From positions 1-64,000 of IMG/VR virus record IMGVR_UViG_3300046694_000136: 64,000 bases of DNA; one strand, given 5' to 3'. The position numbers and the translations under genes are program-made. This document shows positions 63,801-64,000 of this stretch, one piece after another; position 1 is the first letter of the stretch; every line of letters begins with the position of its first letter. Below the pieces are notes generated by a model. The model was given only the letters and a program-made list of their open reading frames with translations. It was not told the DNA's origin and did not search any database.

Positions 63801-64000
63801 ATTGACTGAAACCCGTAACTTGATGAACGAAGCAGCAGGTGTGAAGACTCCAGAAACGGAACCTCACATTATCCACTTGCTCCAGAAAGTCAGAGCGAAG
63901 ATCACTACACTTACGGATGAGTTGTTGTCTACGAACGATAACCTGCTGGCCTTGCGTCTGGAAGCAGAGATTCGGAAGCTGACGAAGTACCTCCCACCTG
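60811..64000 (+). CDS. terL: terminase large subunit with an intein (3' truncated by the window; absent from the ORF track)
   Basis: Open frame from ATG 60811 to the window end; Walker A PRQQGK|T, Walker B WYDE, nuclease GCDTS and HDDLVISW. Confidence 0.92.
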   Translation, partial: MSTETDEDYNRLLEFATKVKNYLGVTNLTKKLVDDKRLRIDSEARSEEETLMAHFKEDSLWGIKTARFLKDFHLYKAAPDMDTKNESFLRTAEIFRLQGIKNYYFILQLNNPMLKGVDPHAPDLTDLQKTMIAKESKENFWYFLREVCRIKGGMPFLANRGNVSFMWSYLNHVTTHMIMPRQQGKPQPDSSEIRVIPDDPATAKSADFWKKMGHMKVGDVVMDQKGEPANVIGVHPQGKIRVYRITGSDGRSTDAGVGHLWTMKNSLDSINDRGLWSEYTTADMIHLLKQKAVLQFPLVEPELGVKRDHAIDPYVMGLMATARNTNGGLQFNVLNDAQANYVEANLPKYTRLTKGKGEWTFARDDGNPITFDKEVGLPAAYLEGALEDRISLLQAFCDNRGIIGDKNVYIAVNRAIGAQLKYLVRGLGGTAANKGNGIVITLPETIPYFKTREQERPVNEVNALFVKSIKYLWEEKSTCIEIDSSEHLYVTDDFMVTHNTVSVQVINFWLTYIMGRGYTSHLITLKSDNRAQFVNAIKTIRSSIPKFLVNSTYKDKDAGTSLTYKAFGEDQVNTLYINVPQQGADAAGDLARGLTVGSGWYDESAYIKYIDLIIDGSGPSMLTEMAVCRSKGLPHGISHITTPNTTLHPSGQFMFKRLMDSTEWREKFFDCFSESDLHDKLIKASPVETTSPKLAMVYNYLQLGKDKDWVKWVIDDLNLSKAKAKIDLLLMWVEDGENRLFDDQTREAINNMKRDVVWSKEYKDFNLYMDFFVTQNELAEMCAKSYNDFFLIGCDTSSAINKDACTIVIRSMKTGKVVGVGRYALTYLDHVASILVDLLECIQNSILIPERNYAHHMIDTLLITLPAKGMDPFTRIYNTVYNDTVGHEKEYEEVRRTGFATRSKNFYLKFKQHFGFLTTGTSRKTLYGLIIEAVGNTGYGLAYSKLADELINLRLKADRIDHDSKQHDDLVISWLLSYWFIKLGMNKSLYGIPPGLALTETRNLMNEAAGVKTPETEPHIIHLLQKVRAKITTLTDELLSTNDNLLALRLEAEIRKLTKYLPP
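61366..62307 (+). mobile_element. class 3 intein (314 aa) in the terminase, with an inactive-looking LAGLIDADG domain
   Basis: Starts with Pro (PQPDSS); block B GHLW; block F STCIEID; ends MVTHN followed by +1 Thr. Confidence 0.9.

Noticed and set aside
1-64000. CRISPR array, rRNA, tRNA, transposase, or phage-nucleus/tubulin genes
   Set aside because: No spaced direct-repeat array and no diagnostic motifs were seen by eye in this window.

Overview
A gene-dense segment of a phiKZ-related (Chimalliviridae-type) jumbo myophage genome. The 304-aa endolysin resembles Pseudomonas phage EL gp188 as I recall it, so this is probably an EL-like relative. 1-7 kb and 44.6-52.2 kb are accessory/early regions: small ORFs, TATATTAC-type early promoter motifs, a 2OG-Fe(II) oxygenase-like gene, a Nudix-like pair and dTMP kinase. 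7-44.5 kb and 52.2-64 kb are the conserved core. It holds an SF2/SNF2-type helicase with an intein, an RNase H-fold protein, a UvsX/RecA-like recombinase and four virion RNA polymerase subunits (betaC, beta'M, betaN, beta'C). It also holds a 2682-aa tail/tape-measure protein with GH19 and M15-like muralytic domains, the endolysin, the prohead protease, tail tube and sheath, and a large terminase with an intein (truncated by the window end). The most novel-looking signal is a probable overprinted 92-aa single-pass membrane protein in the +1 frame of the vRNAP betaN gene (36851-37129). It has its own Shine-Dalgarno and the host frame shows a sharp codon distortion over it; it is a candidate for the holin-like lysis function that is otherwise not evident here. 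Other signals: a multi-branched structured RNA leader (45300-45370), two class 3 inteins with decayed endonucleases both inserted at Walker A GK|T, a family of related hairpins at every convergent junction, and back-to-back ribosome-binding sites at very short divergent junctions. No tRNA, rRNA or CRISPR array was seen. All homology calls come from motif recognition and synteny recalled from memory, not from database searches.
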